A stretch of 64,000 nucleotides of DNA from a virus. The translations under genes were made by a program, and so were the position numbers. Below are positions 45,948 to 55,199 of this stretch, one piece after another. The notes under the pieces were generated by a model, which was given only the letters and a program-made list of their open reading frames with translations, did not search any database and had not been told where the DNA came from. Within the stretch, counting starts at the first letter, position 1; each line of letters begins with the position of its first letter. The stretch is taken from IMG/VR virus record IMGVR_UViG_3300043411_002995, positions 1 through 64,000 of that record; one strand, given 5' to 3'.

Positions 45948-46377
45948 CGGGCTCCTGAACTCGATCAAGAAGATGTGGCCCGAGTCGGTCGCGTTGCGCG
46001 CCGTCGACAAGTTCACCCTCGGGGTCCCCGACGTGCTCGCGTGGATCCCGATGCAGCAGGAGTACCCCTGGGCGGTCGCGATCGAGGCGAAGTCGCTCGA
46101 CCCGTGGATGCCTGATCCTCACCACCGCGGCCGCCGCACGGGGCTGATGCTGAAGCATCCGTTCACGGGGCCCCAGATCTCCAAGCTCCGTGAGCTCAAG
46201 CGCGCCGGCGTCGACGCATTCGGGCTGGTCCGCGTCAACGCCGACACCGCCTTCCGCATCGAGCCGGCCGACATCCCGACGACCAACGGCAACTTCACCC
46301 ACGAGGAGCTGGTCGAGCGATCGACTGTCGTACCCCGACGGCACGATGGCGTCTGGCAATTCTGGAGAAGCTGGTGA
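45925..46377 (+). CDS. PD-(D/E)XK nuclease, putative Holliday junction resolvase (RecU/VRR-NUC-like)
   Basis: E..F, GVPD, AIEAK, Q...L..L..AG; AAGGAG RBS. Confidence 0.7.
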   Translation: MAEKEFVDGLLNSIKKMWPESVALRAVDKFTLGVPDVLAWIPMQQEYPWAVAIEAKSLDPWMPDPHHRGRRTGLMLKHPFTGPQISKLRELKRAGVDAFGLVRVNADTAFRIEPADIPTTNGNFTHEELVERSTVVPRRHDGVWQFWRSW

Positions 46378-47240
46378 GTTCCTATCTGGTGCACGACATC
46401 GAGACGATCCCCGAGACCGAACTGCGGAACGAGTGGGAGGCGGACAAGGCCAAGCAGCAGGCGAAGGGTGTGGCGGATCCGTTCCCCGGCATCCCGTACC
46501 ACAGGGTCATCTGCATCGGCATGCTGACCCTCGATGCGAACCTGCACCCGGTCCGCTCGGGGTGTGCCGAGGGCGGCGTGCGTGGCGGCAAGAGCGAGCA
46601 GGAGATGATCGAGAAGTGGGCACAGGTCGCCGCCGGCGGCGCCACCGATCCGCTCCGCCTGGTCGACTGGCACGGCCGCGGCTTCGACGTGCCCGTGATG
46701 CAGACGCGGGCGTTCCGCTACGGCATCCAGCTGCCCTGGTACTTCGGCAAGCTGCCGGACAACCGCGGCCAGATCTCGAGCTTCTCGAAGGACTACCGCG
46801 ATCGCTACGGCGGGTGGCACGAGGACCTGGCGGAGTTCTGGACGAACCGAGGCGCCTTCCCGCGCCCTCACCTGGCGAGCCTCGCCAAGCTGATGGGGCT
46901 GCCCGGCAAGCTCGACGTCGACGGCAGCAACGTCTACGACCTGTGGAAGGAGTACGCGCACGCGAAGGACACGGCCCGGACTGCGGACGGGACGCTCGAG
47001 CAGCACGAGGCGTGGATCGCGTCGGCCGCGGCGATGGGCCAGAAGATCGACACGTACTGCATGCAGGACGTCTTCCAGACCGGGTTCATCCTGCAGCGCT
47101 GTCGGTACATGGTCGGCGAGCTCAGCCTCGAGGCGTACCGTGCGGCGGCGATGGCGCTGCTCGAGCACGTCAAGCGGCAGCCTGAGCAGGAGGACTTCGT
47201 CAAGGGGGTGGACCTTCCCAGGCTCCTGCTGGAGTCGTAG
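46374..47240 (+). CDS. Stand-alone 3'-5' exonuclease, PolB exonuclease-like (DEDDy)
   Basis: HDIETIP, HRVICIG, WHGRGFDVPV, HEDL, GLPGK..VDG, YCMQDV. Confidence 0.85.
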   Translation: MSSYLVHDIETIPETELRNEWEADKAKQQAKGVADPFPGIPYHRVICIGMLTLDANLHPVRSGCAEGGVRGGKSEQEMIEKWAQVAAGGATDPLRLVDWHGRGFDVPVMQTRAFRYGIQLPWYFGKLPDNRGQISSFSKDYRDRYGGWHEDLAEFWTNRGAFPRPHLASLAKLMGLPGKLDVDGSNVYDLWKEYAHAKDTARTADGTLEQHEAWIASAAAMGQKIDTYCMQDVFQTGFILQRCRYMVGELSLEAYRAAAMALLEHVKRQPEQEDFVKGVDLPRLLLES

Positions 47241-47243
47241 TAT
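47215..47243 (+). promoter_or_regulatory. Sigma70-type promoter, leaderless
   Basis: TTCCCA-17-TAGTAT, 6 nt before ATG 47250. Confidence 0.45.
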
Positions 47244-47249
47244 CAGGCG

Positions 47250-47603
47250 ATGCCCACCCTGACGATCCAAGGCACGATCTCCTTCCCGCTCGGCGCGGAG
47301 GCCACGCCGCCGTCGCGGGCGTTCAAGTTCGAGCTCGTCTACACGGAGAAGGCCGACCACGACTTCGTGTTCACCGGGCCCGAGGTGGGGGTGGATCTGA
47401 TGGGGCACATCGCCGACGCCAAGGCGGTCTACATCGAGGTCCTCTCGGGGGAGATCACCCTCAACATCAACGGCGCCGAGGAGGATCTGCCGATGACCGG
47501 AGATGGTGGGCAGTGGATCTACGGCAACCCGAACGGTGGGTTGACCGCGCTGACGGCGACGTCGACCGACGACGCCCGCCTGCGCGCCTACATCTTCGCC
47601 TGA
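47250..47603 (+). CDS. Beta-rich hypothetical protein (possible virion component)
   Basis: Alternating hydrophobic strands; has its own promoter and terminator. Confidence 0.65.
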   Translation: MPTLTIQGTISFPLGAEATPPSRAFKFELVYTEKADHDFVFTGPEVGVDLMGHIADAKAVYIEVLSGEITLNINGAEEDLPMTGDGGQWIYGNPNGGLTALTATSTDDARLRAYIFA

Positions 47604-47608
47604 CGGCG

Positions 47609-47633
47609 ATGCCGGCACCGGCCGGCATTTTTT
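47609..47633 (+). terminator. Intrinsic terminator
   Basis: ATGCCGGC-ACCG-GCCGGCAT followed by TTTTT. Confidence 0.8.
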
Positions 47634-47640
47634 AGCTGTC

Positions 47641-47669
47641 TTGACGGAAAGATGCGTGATCGGTACGGT
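47641..47669 (+). promoter_or_regulatory. Sigma70-type promoter, leaderless
   Basis: TTGACG-17-TACGGT, 5 nt before ATG 47675. Confidence 0.6.
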
Positions 47670-47674
47670 TGGGC

Positions 47675-48169
47675 ATGAACCGACTGTTCGACGCCAACGC
47701 CAAGGCGCAGAAGGATGCGGGCGCGCGGCGCTCGCGCGAAGAGGTGCGCCAGCGGGCGGAGGCTGTCGACAAGGCGCTCGCCGAGGCCGGCCTCCTCGAC
47801 GATGCCGACAAGCGCCTCCAGGCGAAGCTCTCGCAGTCCGTGCAGCCGATCGTCTACGCGTCGTTCCGCGTGCCCGGCTCGAAGTGGCGGCTCGAGCACG
47901 CGCGCGCCGGCGACGACTACGTCATCCAGCTGTTCCCGCTGAAGCCGCCGCGGCTGGTCTGGCAGGATGTGGTCCTCGCGATCATCGCGACGATGGACAC
48001 GATCTTCCCGCGCAACATCAAGATCACCTACCGCCCACCGCGCGAGGACTACCAGATCAAGTACTACACCATCACGGTGGAGAAGGTGGTCGGGCAACCC
48101 GGATGGGAACGAGCCTGCAAGGAGCGGGCACTACGTGGCCTCGCCGCGATCGACGTCTGGTCGGAGTAG
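47675..48169 (+). CDS. Hypothetical protein
   Basis: Codon bias; leaderless start. Confidence 0.7.
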   Translation: MNRLFDANAKAQKDAGARRSREEVRQRAEAVDKALAEAGLLDDADKRLQAKLSQSVQPIVYASFRVPGSKWRLEHARAGDDYVIQLFPLKPPRLVWQDVVLAIIATMDTIFPRNIKITYRPPREDYQIKYYTITVEKVVGQPGWERACKERALRGLAAIDVWSE

Positions 48170-48416
48170 CCGACCTCGAGGATGGGGGGTCGAGGTCAAG
48201 TCGGGCCGCCGAGCTCGGTGGACCGCGCTGGTGCGCCCCGGGACCGAGACGGTCATGTCCACGTCCTTGGCCTGCGCGCGGGCCTGGGCGGCGGACTACG
48301 CGGCCCGCGGCTGCCTGGTGCGGCTGGTGGAGCTGCAGCAGCCCCGTGGTCATCCCTGCCGCCCGCCGGCGACCGCTGACGCAGCGCCGCTGCCGGGCCA
48401 GCTGGTGCTGTTCTAG
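48135..48416 (+). CDS. Small protein ending in a beta-clamp-binding-like motif (QLVLF)
   Basis: AAGGAG 10 nt before GTG; fills the gap to the convergent gene; C-terminal GQLVLF. Confidence 0.4.
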   Translation: MASPRSTSGRSSRPRGWGVEVKSGRRARWTALVRPGTETVMSTSLACARAWAADYAARGCLVRLVELQQPRGHPCRPPATADAAPLPGQLVLF

Positions 48417-48712
48417 GGCCGACGGCGGTTGGCCATCCGCCCCAGGGCCTTGAGGAGCACGGCGGCCAGGGCGCCGCCGGCCGCCCCCTTGCCCAGGGCC
48501 CCCAGCGCCGTCCCCTCCGGTCCGTCGTAGGGGTTGCCGGTGGCGAGGGCCTTGGCCTTGGAGGCGCCGTGGAGCACGCCCGAACTCAGGGCGCCGGTCG
48601 CCACCAGGCGCTCGACCAGGCGGTCTGGGCGCGGCGCCAGGAAGCCGGCGGTCTTCCGCAGCGGGCTGACCGCGGTCCGAACGAGCTCGTCGCTGAAGGC
48701 CTGGAGCTTCAT
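48413..48712 (-). CDS. Small virion protein with AFSDEL/KTA motif and glycine zipper
   Basis: MKLQAFSDELVRTA..RKTAG; GALGKGAAGGALAAVLL; TGATG overlap. Confidence 0.7.
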   Translation of the reverse strand: MKLQAFSDELVRTAVSPLRKTAGFLAPRPDRLVERLVATGALSSGVLHGASKAKALATGNPYDGPEGTALGALGKGAAGGALAAVLLKALGRMANRRRP

Positions 48713-49503
48713 CACTGGTTCGCGTAGAGCGGCTGGCCGGCGCCGGCGAGCCGCATGCGGATGGGGCGGATCTGGTCGAACTGCAGCGACACGCCCTCCA
48801 TCAGCAGGACCGAGCCCGAGGAGATCGAGAGCTGGTGGCCCTGGATGTAGCACTCCTCGAGGTAGACGGCGCCCACCGTCATGTCGAGCTGGTTGCGGAA
48901 GTAGATCGCCAGCCCGGTCGGCTGGTTGAAGATGTCCGACGCCAGGTTGAGCCACAGGTCGTCGTAGCCCGGGTTGTACTTCACCCGGTGCAGCTGGGAC
49001 TGCAGGAGGGGCAGGTCCAGCATCGAGGCGTTGGGGTCGGGCACCTCGACGCCGCCGACGTTGATCGTCGCGCCCTTGGGCTTGTGGTTGAACTGGAACG
49101 GCGCGTCCGCCGCCGACTGCTTGTAGTGAGCGTAGAGCGCCTTCATCAGCGACGGCCCGTGGTAGAGCACGCGGCCGAGGGTGACCGAGCCGACGGTCCG
49201 GCCCGGGATGAAGTAGCTGCGGTTCGAGCCGATCTCGAAGATGCGCTGCAGCTGCTTCGACTGCGAGAGGCCGACGTTCTCGAGGACGCCGATCGGGAAG
49301 ACCATGTCCCCTTCGTCGGTGGTGTCGAGATCGCCCTCGGCGCCGGGCGGGCCGCCGGTGATGTCCGTGAGGCGCGGCGGCCCGGCGGCGATGAGCGTCG
49401 TCTCGGCGGAGACGAACTCGCCGCCGAGCAGCTCGGCCTGGACGTGGTGGTTGTGGAAGTCCCAGTTGTTGAAGGACGTGGTGGCTGCGGGGCGAAGGGG
49501 CAT
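48712..49503 (-). CDS. Putative tail tube protein
   Basis: PIGVLENVGLSQ..QLQRIFEIGS.RSYFIPG, G.VYLEECYI; directly downstream of the sheath gene. Confidence 0.7.
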   Translation of the reverse strand: MPLRPAATTSFNNWDFHNHHVQAELLGGEFVSAETTLIAAGPPRLTDITGGPPGAEGDLDTTDEGDMVFPIGVLENVGLSQSKQLQRIFEIGSNRSYFIPGRTVGSVTLGRVLYHGPSLMKALYAHYKQSAADAPFQFNHKPKGATINVGGVEVPDPNASMLDLPLLQSQLHRVKYNPGYDDLWLNLASDIFNQPTGLAIYFRNQLDMTVGAVYLEECYIQGHQLSISSGSVLLMEGVSLQFDQIRPIRMRLAGAGQPLYANQ

Positions 49504-49532
49504 CGGCGGGTCTCCTTACCGGAACCGGTCCA

Positions 49533-52358
49533 TCAGACCAGGAGGGTCAGCGTGATGTTGTTGAGGGGCAGCGGCACGCTGATGTCGATGTCGACCTCGA
49601 CGGTGTCCGGCTGCGAGGAGGATTCCTCGATCCGCGACATCTGCCCGCCGCGGAGCGGCGCCCCGACGCGCGGCGCGCGCTGGGACTTGAGGAACTCGAT
49701 GCCGCCCTCGCCGCGGGTCTTCAGGACGTCCATCAGGCCGTCCGTGATGTTGTAGATCCCGAGGAACGGCCGGAACAGCCCGCGGAAGAACCGGGCGATC
49801 AGGTCGACGTTCTTCGTGACCGAGAACTCCTGGAAGTAGATGGTGGAGACGTCGGTGGTGAGCTGGTGGCGGATGCTCAGGGCGGCGTCGACCACCGGCT
49901 GGACGAACACCATGTTGCCGCCGCCGGCGATGGTGTCGAGCTGGGTGTCCGAGAACAGGTCGTCGGAGTGCTCGCGGCCGACGAAGCCGGTCACCGCCAG
50001 GTTGGTCATGCCGGCCTGGCTGGGCAGCCCGGCGGTGAGCCCGGCGATGACCGGCCCAGCGAAGTACCCCGGGACCTTCGTCGCCAGGGCGTTCACCGAG
50101 ATCGCCAGGACGTCGGGCCAGGTGTGGACGCACCGACGCGACGCGAACGACGTCGCGTAGCCGGCGATGAGCTGGGCCTGCTCGGTCAGGCTGAGGTCGC
50201 GGGTGATCCGGTACTCGACGTCCTCGAGCGTGCCGCCGAAGCCGGCCGTCGGGTCGGAGGCCAGGGTGAGCTGGCTCTCCGAGACGATCGCCTCGATCTC
50301 GTGGCGGGTGCCGGTGATGTACGCCTCCTCGTCCGCGGACGGCTCGATCGAGACGATGTCGAGCACGGTCAGCGTGGTGGTGGTGAGGCCGTTGAACTCC
50401 TCGGTCACCGGCACGGTCGTGTTGTCGGTCTTCACCTGGGTGGGCGAGATGACCGTCTCGATCACGTGGTCGTCGTTGTTGGCCCCGTTGGTGGCGCCGG
50501 CGACGCGCAGGACGCGGCCGACGTCGGCCGCCGTGAAGGCCGCGCCGAGGACGGTCCACACCCGCGAGGTGCCGTTGACGCCGTCCGCGTTGACGTCGCG
50601 CCCGGGCTCGCGGTTGATGCCGTAGACGGCCTGGGTGACGCCGCCACCGAAGGTCTCGTTGGCGCCGGGGGCCTCGACCGTCAGCACCGAGGTGGTGCTG
50701 ACGACCGTGCCGATCGTGAACGCGCCGTTGTTGCCGGCGTTGGCGGCGCCGCGCACGAAGAGCAGCTTGCCGACGTCGCCGGCGACGAAGGCCCCGTTGA
50801 CGAACGACCAGGCCTTGGTCGCCGCCACCACCGCGTCCGCGGCGTTGTGGGCGACCTCGCGGTCGAGGTCGCAGATCCACGCTCGCGTGGTCGACAGCAT
50901 GACCTCGGGGGTGTCGGGCTCCGGGTCGACCGTGACGCGCGCGCCGCTGACGATCGTGAGGATCTCGTACTCGACGTCGTTGAGGGCCGTGGTCGCGCCG
51001 TCGACGATGATGAACCGGCCGACGTCGGTGCCGGTGAAGGACGCCGCCGTCATCTGGATCACGTCGGCCGGCGCGTCGTCGAACCAGTCGCGCTCGTTGG
51101 GGGTGACCGAGCGGTGGACGCCCTCGACGGGGAGGTAGTCGGTGATCTCGAGGAAGTACCCGACGCCGACGTCGTCGGTGATGAACTGCCCGTTGGTGGG
51201 GTCCTTGAAGGTCAGGTTGGTCGCACCGCTGGTACCGTTGCCGGTGCCGGCGCTGGTCGCGACGCCGAGGCCGCTGGCCGGCACGACGACCTCGAGCTCG
51301 ACGAGCTTCCGGTTGAAGATGCCGACGCGCTCCTTGCCGACGGTCGACGCCGACATCCCATCGACGTGCGCCTTCACCAGCTGGTGCACCGCGGTGTTGT
51401 GGGTCATCACCGCGATGGCGTAGACGTCCTTGGCCTCGAGGTACTCGAGCGCGTCCTGGAACGCCTGCTCCTCGTCGTCGAGGAAGCCTTCGTCCAGGCC
51501 GACGAAGCTGACCTCGGTGGTCGTGTTCTGGATCGCCAGGTTGACGCCGTAGGCGCCGACGTTGGAGGGGACCACGGCGCCGACGCCGAAGACCGCCTCG
51601 ATCGAGTCGAGGTCGGTGAAGACGGTCAGGGCGTTGGCCAGGTCGGGGCGGATGGCGCGCCACGACAGGACGACGTTGCCCTCGACGACGTCGAGCGGGG
51701 TCGCGTCGGTCACCGACTGGAGGCCCGAGGCGATCTGGACGCCGGTCGCGGTCGGGGTGATGCTGCGGTCGCCGAACGAGGTGACGGGGTAGACCTCCTC
51801 CTCGCGGAACTCGAGCACGCGGTAGACGATGTTCGAGAGGGGCAGGCCTCCGCTCTGCCACTCGGCGGCGACGATCAGCTCGTTGTCGCTGTTCTTGCCG
51901 ATGACGAGCTTCCGCCCGAGGTCCGCGGCGGTGACGCCGCCGCCGGAGATGATGTCGACGTAGAACGTCGGGGCGCCGGCGGCATCGGGGTCGAACGCGG
52001 CGAACGCGTCGGTGGTCACGTCCTGGAAGAGGTTGGGCGTCGCCAGCTTCCCGGTGATGGCCTGCGCCTTCTTCACCAGGTAGGCGTCGGTCAGGGTCAC
52101 GCCGACCGGCTTGTGGGCGTTCGCCTCGGCCTCGGCCTCCGGCACGTCGGAGAGGTCGACGACGGCGCCGGTGGTCAGCCCCGTGTACGGGAAGATGCTG
52201 GTGCCGAGCTCGTCCTCGGAGTAGATCCCCGCCACCACCTCATCGGCGATCTGGAAGCCCGGGGCCACGACGCACACGGGGAGGCTGGGAAGGGACAGCG
52301 AGACGGCGGCATCCTGGAACTCCTGGATGACTTCGATTGCGGGGCGGCGGTAGGCCAT
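49533..52358 (-). CDS. Contractile tail sheath protein with inserted repeat domains
   Basis: MAY.RP.IEV.QEF N-terminus; C-terminal sheath domain (VPGYF...AG...P.Q..TN, IRHQLTT, EFS.TK..D, PLNNI.LTL). Confidence 0.85.
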   Translation of the reverse strand: MAYRRPAIEVIQEFQDAAVSLSLPSLPVCVVAPGFQIADEVVAGIYSEDELGTSIFPYTGLTTGAVVDLSDVPEAEAEANAHKPVGVTLTDAYLVKKAQAITGKLATPNLFQDVTTDAFAAFDPDAAGAPTFYVDIISGGGVTAADLGRKLVIGKNSDNELIVAAEWQSGGLPLSNIVYRVLEFREEEVYPVTSFGDRSITPTATGVQIASGLQSVTDATPLDVVEGNVVLSWRAIRPDLANALTVFTDLDSIEAVFGVGAVVPSNVGAYGVNLAIQNTTTEVSFVGLDEGFLDDEEQAFQDALEYLEAKDVYAIAVMTHNTAVHQLVKAHVDGMSASTVGKERVGIFNRKLVELEVVVPASGLGVATSAGTGNGTSGATNLTFKDPTNGQFITDDVGVGYFLEITDYLPVEGVHRSVTPNERDWFDDAPADVIQMTAASFTGTDVGRFIIVDGATTALNDVEYEILTIVSGARVTVDPEPDTPEVMLSTTRAWICDLDREVAHNAADAVVAATKAWSFVNGAFVAGDVGKLLFVRGAANAGNNGAFTIGTVVSTTSVLTVEAPGANETFGGGVTQAVYGINREPGRDVNADGVNGTSRVWTVLGAAFTAADVGRVLRVAGATNGANNDDHVIETVISPTQVKTDNTTVPVTEEFNGLTTTTLTVLDIVSIEPSADEEAYITGTRHEIEAIVSESQLTLASDPTAGFGGTLEDVEYRITRDLSLTEQAQLIAGYATSFASRRCVHTWPDVLAISVNALATKVPGYFAGPVIAGLTAGLPSQAGMTNLAVTGFVGREHSDDLFSDTQLDTIAGGGNMVFVQPVVDAALSIRHQLTTDVSTIYFQEFSVTKNVDLIARFFRGLFRPFLGIYNITDGLMDVLKTRGEGGIEFLKSQRAPRVGAPLRGGQMSRIEESSSQPDTVEVDIDISVPLPLNNITLTLLV

Positions 52359-52382
52359 CGTCGGTTCTCCTGGTCGCGGCGG

Positions 52383-53045
52383 CTACGGGGTGCTTATCCG
52401 GGTGACGACGGTGCGCAGCTTCTGATCGCCTTGCGGCTCGACGCTCCAGCGTCGTTGAACTCTCGCCTGGAAGGCGACGGGAACTACAGAGATCTCGGGT
52501 CGAGCGCCCCCCTTGACGAGGGCCTCTTCGCCCATCTGGGTGGCTTCGATCTTGAAGAAGCCCAGGTGGGAGGCCTGCATGATACCGCGACTGGCCAATT
52601 TCCGCAGGACGTCGCGGAGCGCCTGGAAGGATTCGAACAGGTACCCGGCGATGAGCTCGGCCTCCGCGCCCGACCGCGAGAAGCAGCTCAGGACCATGCT
52701 GCCTGCCACCAGATCCGTGTAGGTTCGCCGATCCGTTCGCAGGTCCAGCGACTGCATCTGGCGGAAGCCGCTCGTCCTCGACCACTGCATCGGCCCGCGG
52801 TTGGCGACGATCGCCGGCGTCGTCCCGACCCGGGCCAGGTTGAAGGCGTACTTGTCGCAGATCGTGATCTGGGTCTTCTCCTCCTCGGGGGACCAGACCA
52901 GGTTCCCGAGCGGGTTGCCCTCGTAGAACAGGAGCTGGGCCACCTCGAGGGCGAACCCCTTGATGACCTCGTGGGGCCAGACGTACCGACGGTCCTCGTC
53001 GTGGAGGCTGCGGGCGTTCTCCTGCTGCACGACCGGCTCGCTCAC
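52383..53045 (-). CDS. Putative tail terminator / neck protein
   Basis: Directly upstream of the sheath; PAIVANRG, SC.S..G.EAE.IA pattern. Confidence 0.55.
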   Translation of the reverse strand: MSEPVVQQENARSLHDEDRRYVWPHEVIKGFALEVAQLLFYEGNPLGNLVWSPEEEKTQITICDKYAFNLARVGTTPAIVANRGPMQWSRTSGFRQMQSLDLRTDRRTYTDLVAGSMVLSCFSRSGAEAELIAGYLFESFQALRDVLRKLASRGIMQASHLGFFKIEATQMGEEALVKGGARPEISVVPVAFQARVQRRWSVEPQGDQKLRTVVTRISTP

Positions 53046-53566
53046 GGGGCACCCGGGTGGCGGCGGTTGACGGTGGCCGTGGCCTGGTCGTAGGCGTCGA
53101 CCACGCCGTTCCGCAGGACGTCCGTCGTGGTCTGCTCCACGACCCGATCCTGCTCCTGCTGCTTCTGCTCACCAAACAGGGCGGCGAGCGAGATCGTGCG
53201 GAAGGTCAGCTTGGTCTCGCCGTCGGCCCCCTGGGCTGCGCTGGGCACCCCGGAGCCGGGCGCGAACAACTCCTCGACCGACCCGGCCTCGTCGCCGAGC
53301 TCGCCGGCGACCATCTCCGAGCTCGCGGCCAGGACCGCGCCCTGGTCCTCGGAGTCGATCACCATCCGGTCACCCTCGCTGGTCACGCGCACCGCCTGGG
53401 CCCGCAGGGCGGCCGCGACGTCGATGCCCGGGTCGATGCGACCACGCAAGCGGGTCTGGAGGTTGCCCGCCAGGATCGTCCGCGCCTCGGCGTCGACCTC
53501 ATCCAGCCGGGCGACGCCGGCGGTGTCCTTCGGGCCGAAGAAGATCCAGTCGTTGAACCCGCTCAC
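53042..53566 (-). CDS. Hypothetical virion morphogenesis protein
   Basis: Within the structural operon; GTGA overlap. Confidence 0.6.
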   Translation of the reverse strand: MSGFNDWIFFGPKDTAGVARLDEVDAEARTILAGNLQTRLRGRIDPGIDVAAALRAQAVRVTSEGDRMVIDSEDQGAVLAASSEMVAGELGDEAGSVEELFAPGSGVPSAAQGADGETKLTFRTISLAALFGEQKQQEQDRVVEQTTTDVLRNGVVDAYDQATATVNRRHPGAP

Positions 53567-53820
53567 TCACCGCCCCCGCTCTTCGAGGCGTAGTCCACCA
53601 TCTGGTTCGGCGAGGTCAGGGGCGTGGGCGCGCGCTTCGCGGACGCGGGCTTGGGCTGCAGCGGCGCACCGGACTTCAGCCCTGTCTTGGCGTTGGGGCC
53701 CTGGGTCTGGTCCATGACGTCAGCGACGCCGGCGTCGTACGGCGCCGGCGCCTCGTGCTGCTGGGGGAACGCCCCCAGCTTCACGAGCTCGTCCACGAAT
53801 CCACGGAGGTAGGGTCCCAT
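53563..53820 (-). CDS. Small virion protein with GFVDELVK motif
   Basis: MGPYLRGFVDELVKLG; TGATG overlap. Confidence 0.65.
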   Translation of the reverse strand: MGPYLRGFVDELVKLGAFPQQHEAPAPYDAGVADVMDQTQGPNAKTGLKSGAPLQPKPASAKRAPTPLTSPNQMVDYASKSGGGE

Positions 53821-54698
53821 CAGAACATCCGCTCTTCCTTGAGCCGTTCCCATTCTTGCACGACGGCCCGGAGGGTTTCGGCCGGAATGCGCTGGACCAG
53901 CACCTGGTACTCGACCTCGTCACGGCCGACCGCCGAGATCCGGCAGACGTGTTGGATCGTGGTCCCCTGCGGCTGGATCGTGTGGACCTTCGAGACCGCC
54001 CAGAGCGTGCCGGGCATGACCTCGTAGATGATGTCCCCCGGCTTCATCTGGGGGTAGGCCGAGAACCAGCAGTCCTTCTCCTTCTGCTGCATCTCGCCGA
54101 AGCTGGTGATCGACGTCAGCTTCTCGTCGGGGTTGTAGTCGACGTAGAAGGGGATCGGCTCGAAGAACGGGTGCTGCCGACCGGTGTTGAGGCAGAGCGT
54201 GCACCTCGAGGTGGTCTGCCGCTGCATGGTGACGTCCCAGCAGGGGCAACGCGCCGAGTCGGCGGTGCGCTCGATGAAGGCGAAGCTCGGCGTGCCCTGC
54301 AGGTAGCGCAGCACGAAGTCGTGCTGCTCGATGATGCAGAGCTCGTGAGGACGCGGCGAGGTCTCCCAGGTCCGCGTCTCGGAGACGACCTCGCCCTCCG
54401 GCGTCGTCGCCACCACCCGGTAGTAGTACTTCCGCCACCAGCTGATCAGGTTGGGCGTGACGTCGTCGAACTCGTAGACCAGCTGGCGCGCTACGCCTGC
54501 GACCTCGGCCACGAGCTCGACGAACTCGCCGGCGGTGAACTGCGGCGAGAGCGAGCGCTCGACGCGGAAGGTCACCTCCGACAGCCCGCTGTGCTGGGTC
54601 ACCAGCTCCCAGCAGACCATCACGGTCGCGTTCCCATCCGGTGGCGACCCCGGTTGGGCAACGATGATGTCGAGCCGTCGGAAGGCCAGCATGGTCAC
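53820..54698 (-). CDS. Putative head-closure/neck protein (FN3-like N-terminus, Cys cluster)
   Basis: FRVERS...F.D...YYYRV; RCPCWD...CTLCLNTG; PGDIIYE. Confidence 0.6.
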   Translation of the reverse strand: MTMLAFRRLDIIVAQPGSPPDGNATVMVCWELVTQHSGLSEVTFRVERSLSPQFTAGEFVELVAEVAGVARQLVYEFDDVTPNLISWWRKYYYRVVATTPEGEVVSETRTWETSPRPHELCIIEQHDFVLRYLQGTPSFAFIERTADSARCPCWDVTMQRQTTSRCTLCLNTGRQHPFFEPIPFYVDYNPDEKLTSITSFGEMQQKEKDCWFSAYPQMKPGDIIYEVMPGTLWAVSKVHTIQPQGTTIQHVCRISAVGRDEVEYQVLVQRIPAETLRAVVQEWERLKEERMF

Positions 54699-55171
54699 CA
54701 GAAGTAGTTCAGCAGGGCGTACTCCGACGCCACCCCGCCGGCGAGCGCGTTCATCACGTTGAGGGAGATCTTGTAGTTCGACTTCTTCCGCTCGTACTCG
54801 GCGACGAACTGGGCGATCCAGGCCTGGTAGTTCTGGGTCTTGTCGAAGATCCTCACGGAGACGCCGCCCGAGCTGTACGTGAGCTCGTTGCGCGACTGCA
54901 GGATGCCGGCGCTACGCAGGACCTGGATGGTCGCGCCGTAGATCAGCATGTACAACGACGGGAAGGTCTCGACCCGGTAGGTCGAGATCAACGGCGAGGT
55001 GATGTTGAAGTCGTCCAGGGCCAGCGCGATGGCCAGGTCGAGCTTCGGGTCGTCCGACTCCTGGCGGCGGATGAGCCGGTTGAGCTCGGGCGTGTCGTTC
55101 AGGAACATGCGCAGCAGGCGCCGAGCCTGTTGCTGCGCCCTGTCTGCCGCCGTTCCGGTAGTCGTTGCCAC
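54695..55171 (-). CDS. Putative head-tail adaptor protein
   Basis: LR.FL.D.PELN.L, D.N...P, RN.L.YS.GGVSV.I.DK; downstream of the capsid gene. Confidence 0.6.
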   Translation of the reverse strand: MATTTGTAADRAQQQARRLLRMFLNDTPELNRLIRRQESDDPKLDLAIALALDDFNITSPLISTYRVETFPSLYMLIYGATIQVLRSAGILQSRNELTYSSGGVSVRIFDKTQNYQAWIAQFVAEYERKKSNYKISLNVMNALAGGVASEYALLNYFW

Positions 55172-55199
55172 GGGCTACTCCCGGCGTCGCCGGGGACGC

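Noticed and set aside
48712-54698. Extracellular contractile injection system or tailocin
   Set aside because: Capsid, decoration and prohead protease genes are contiguous with the tail genes, and replication genes are present
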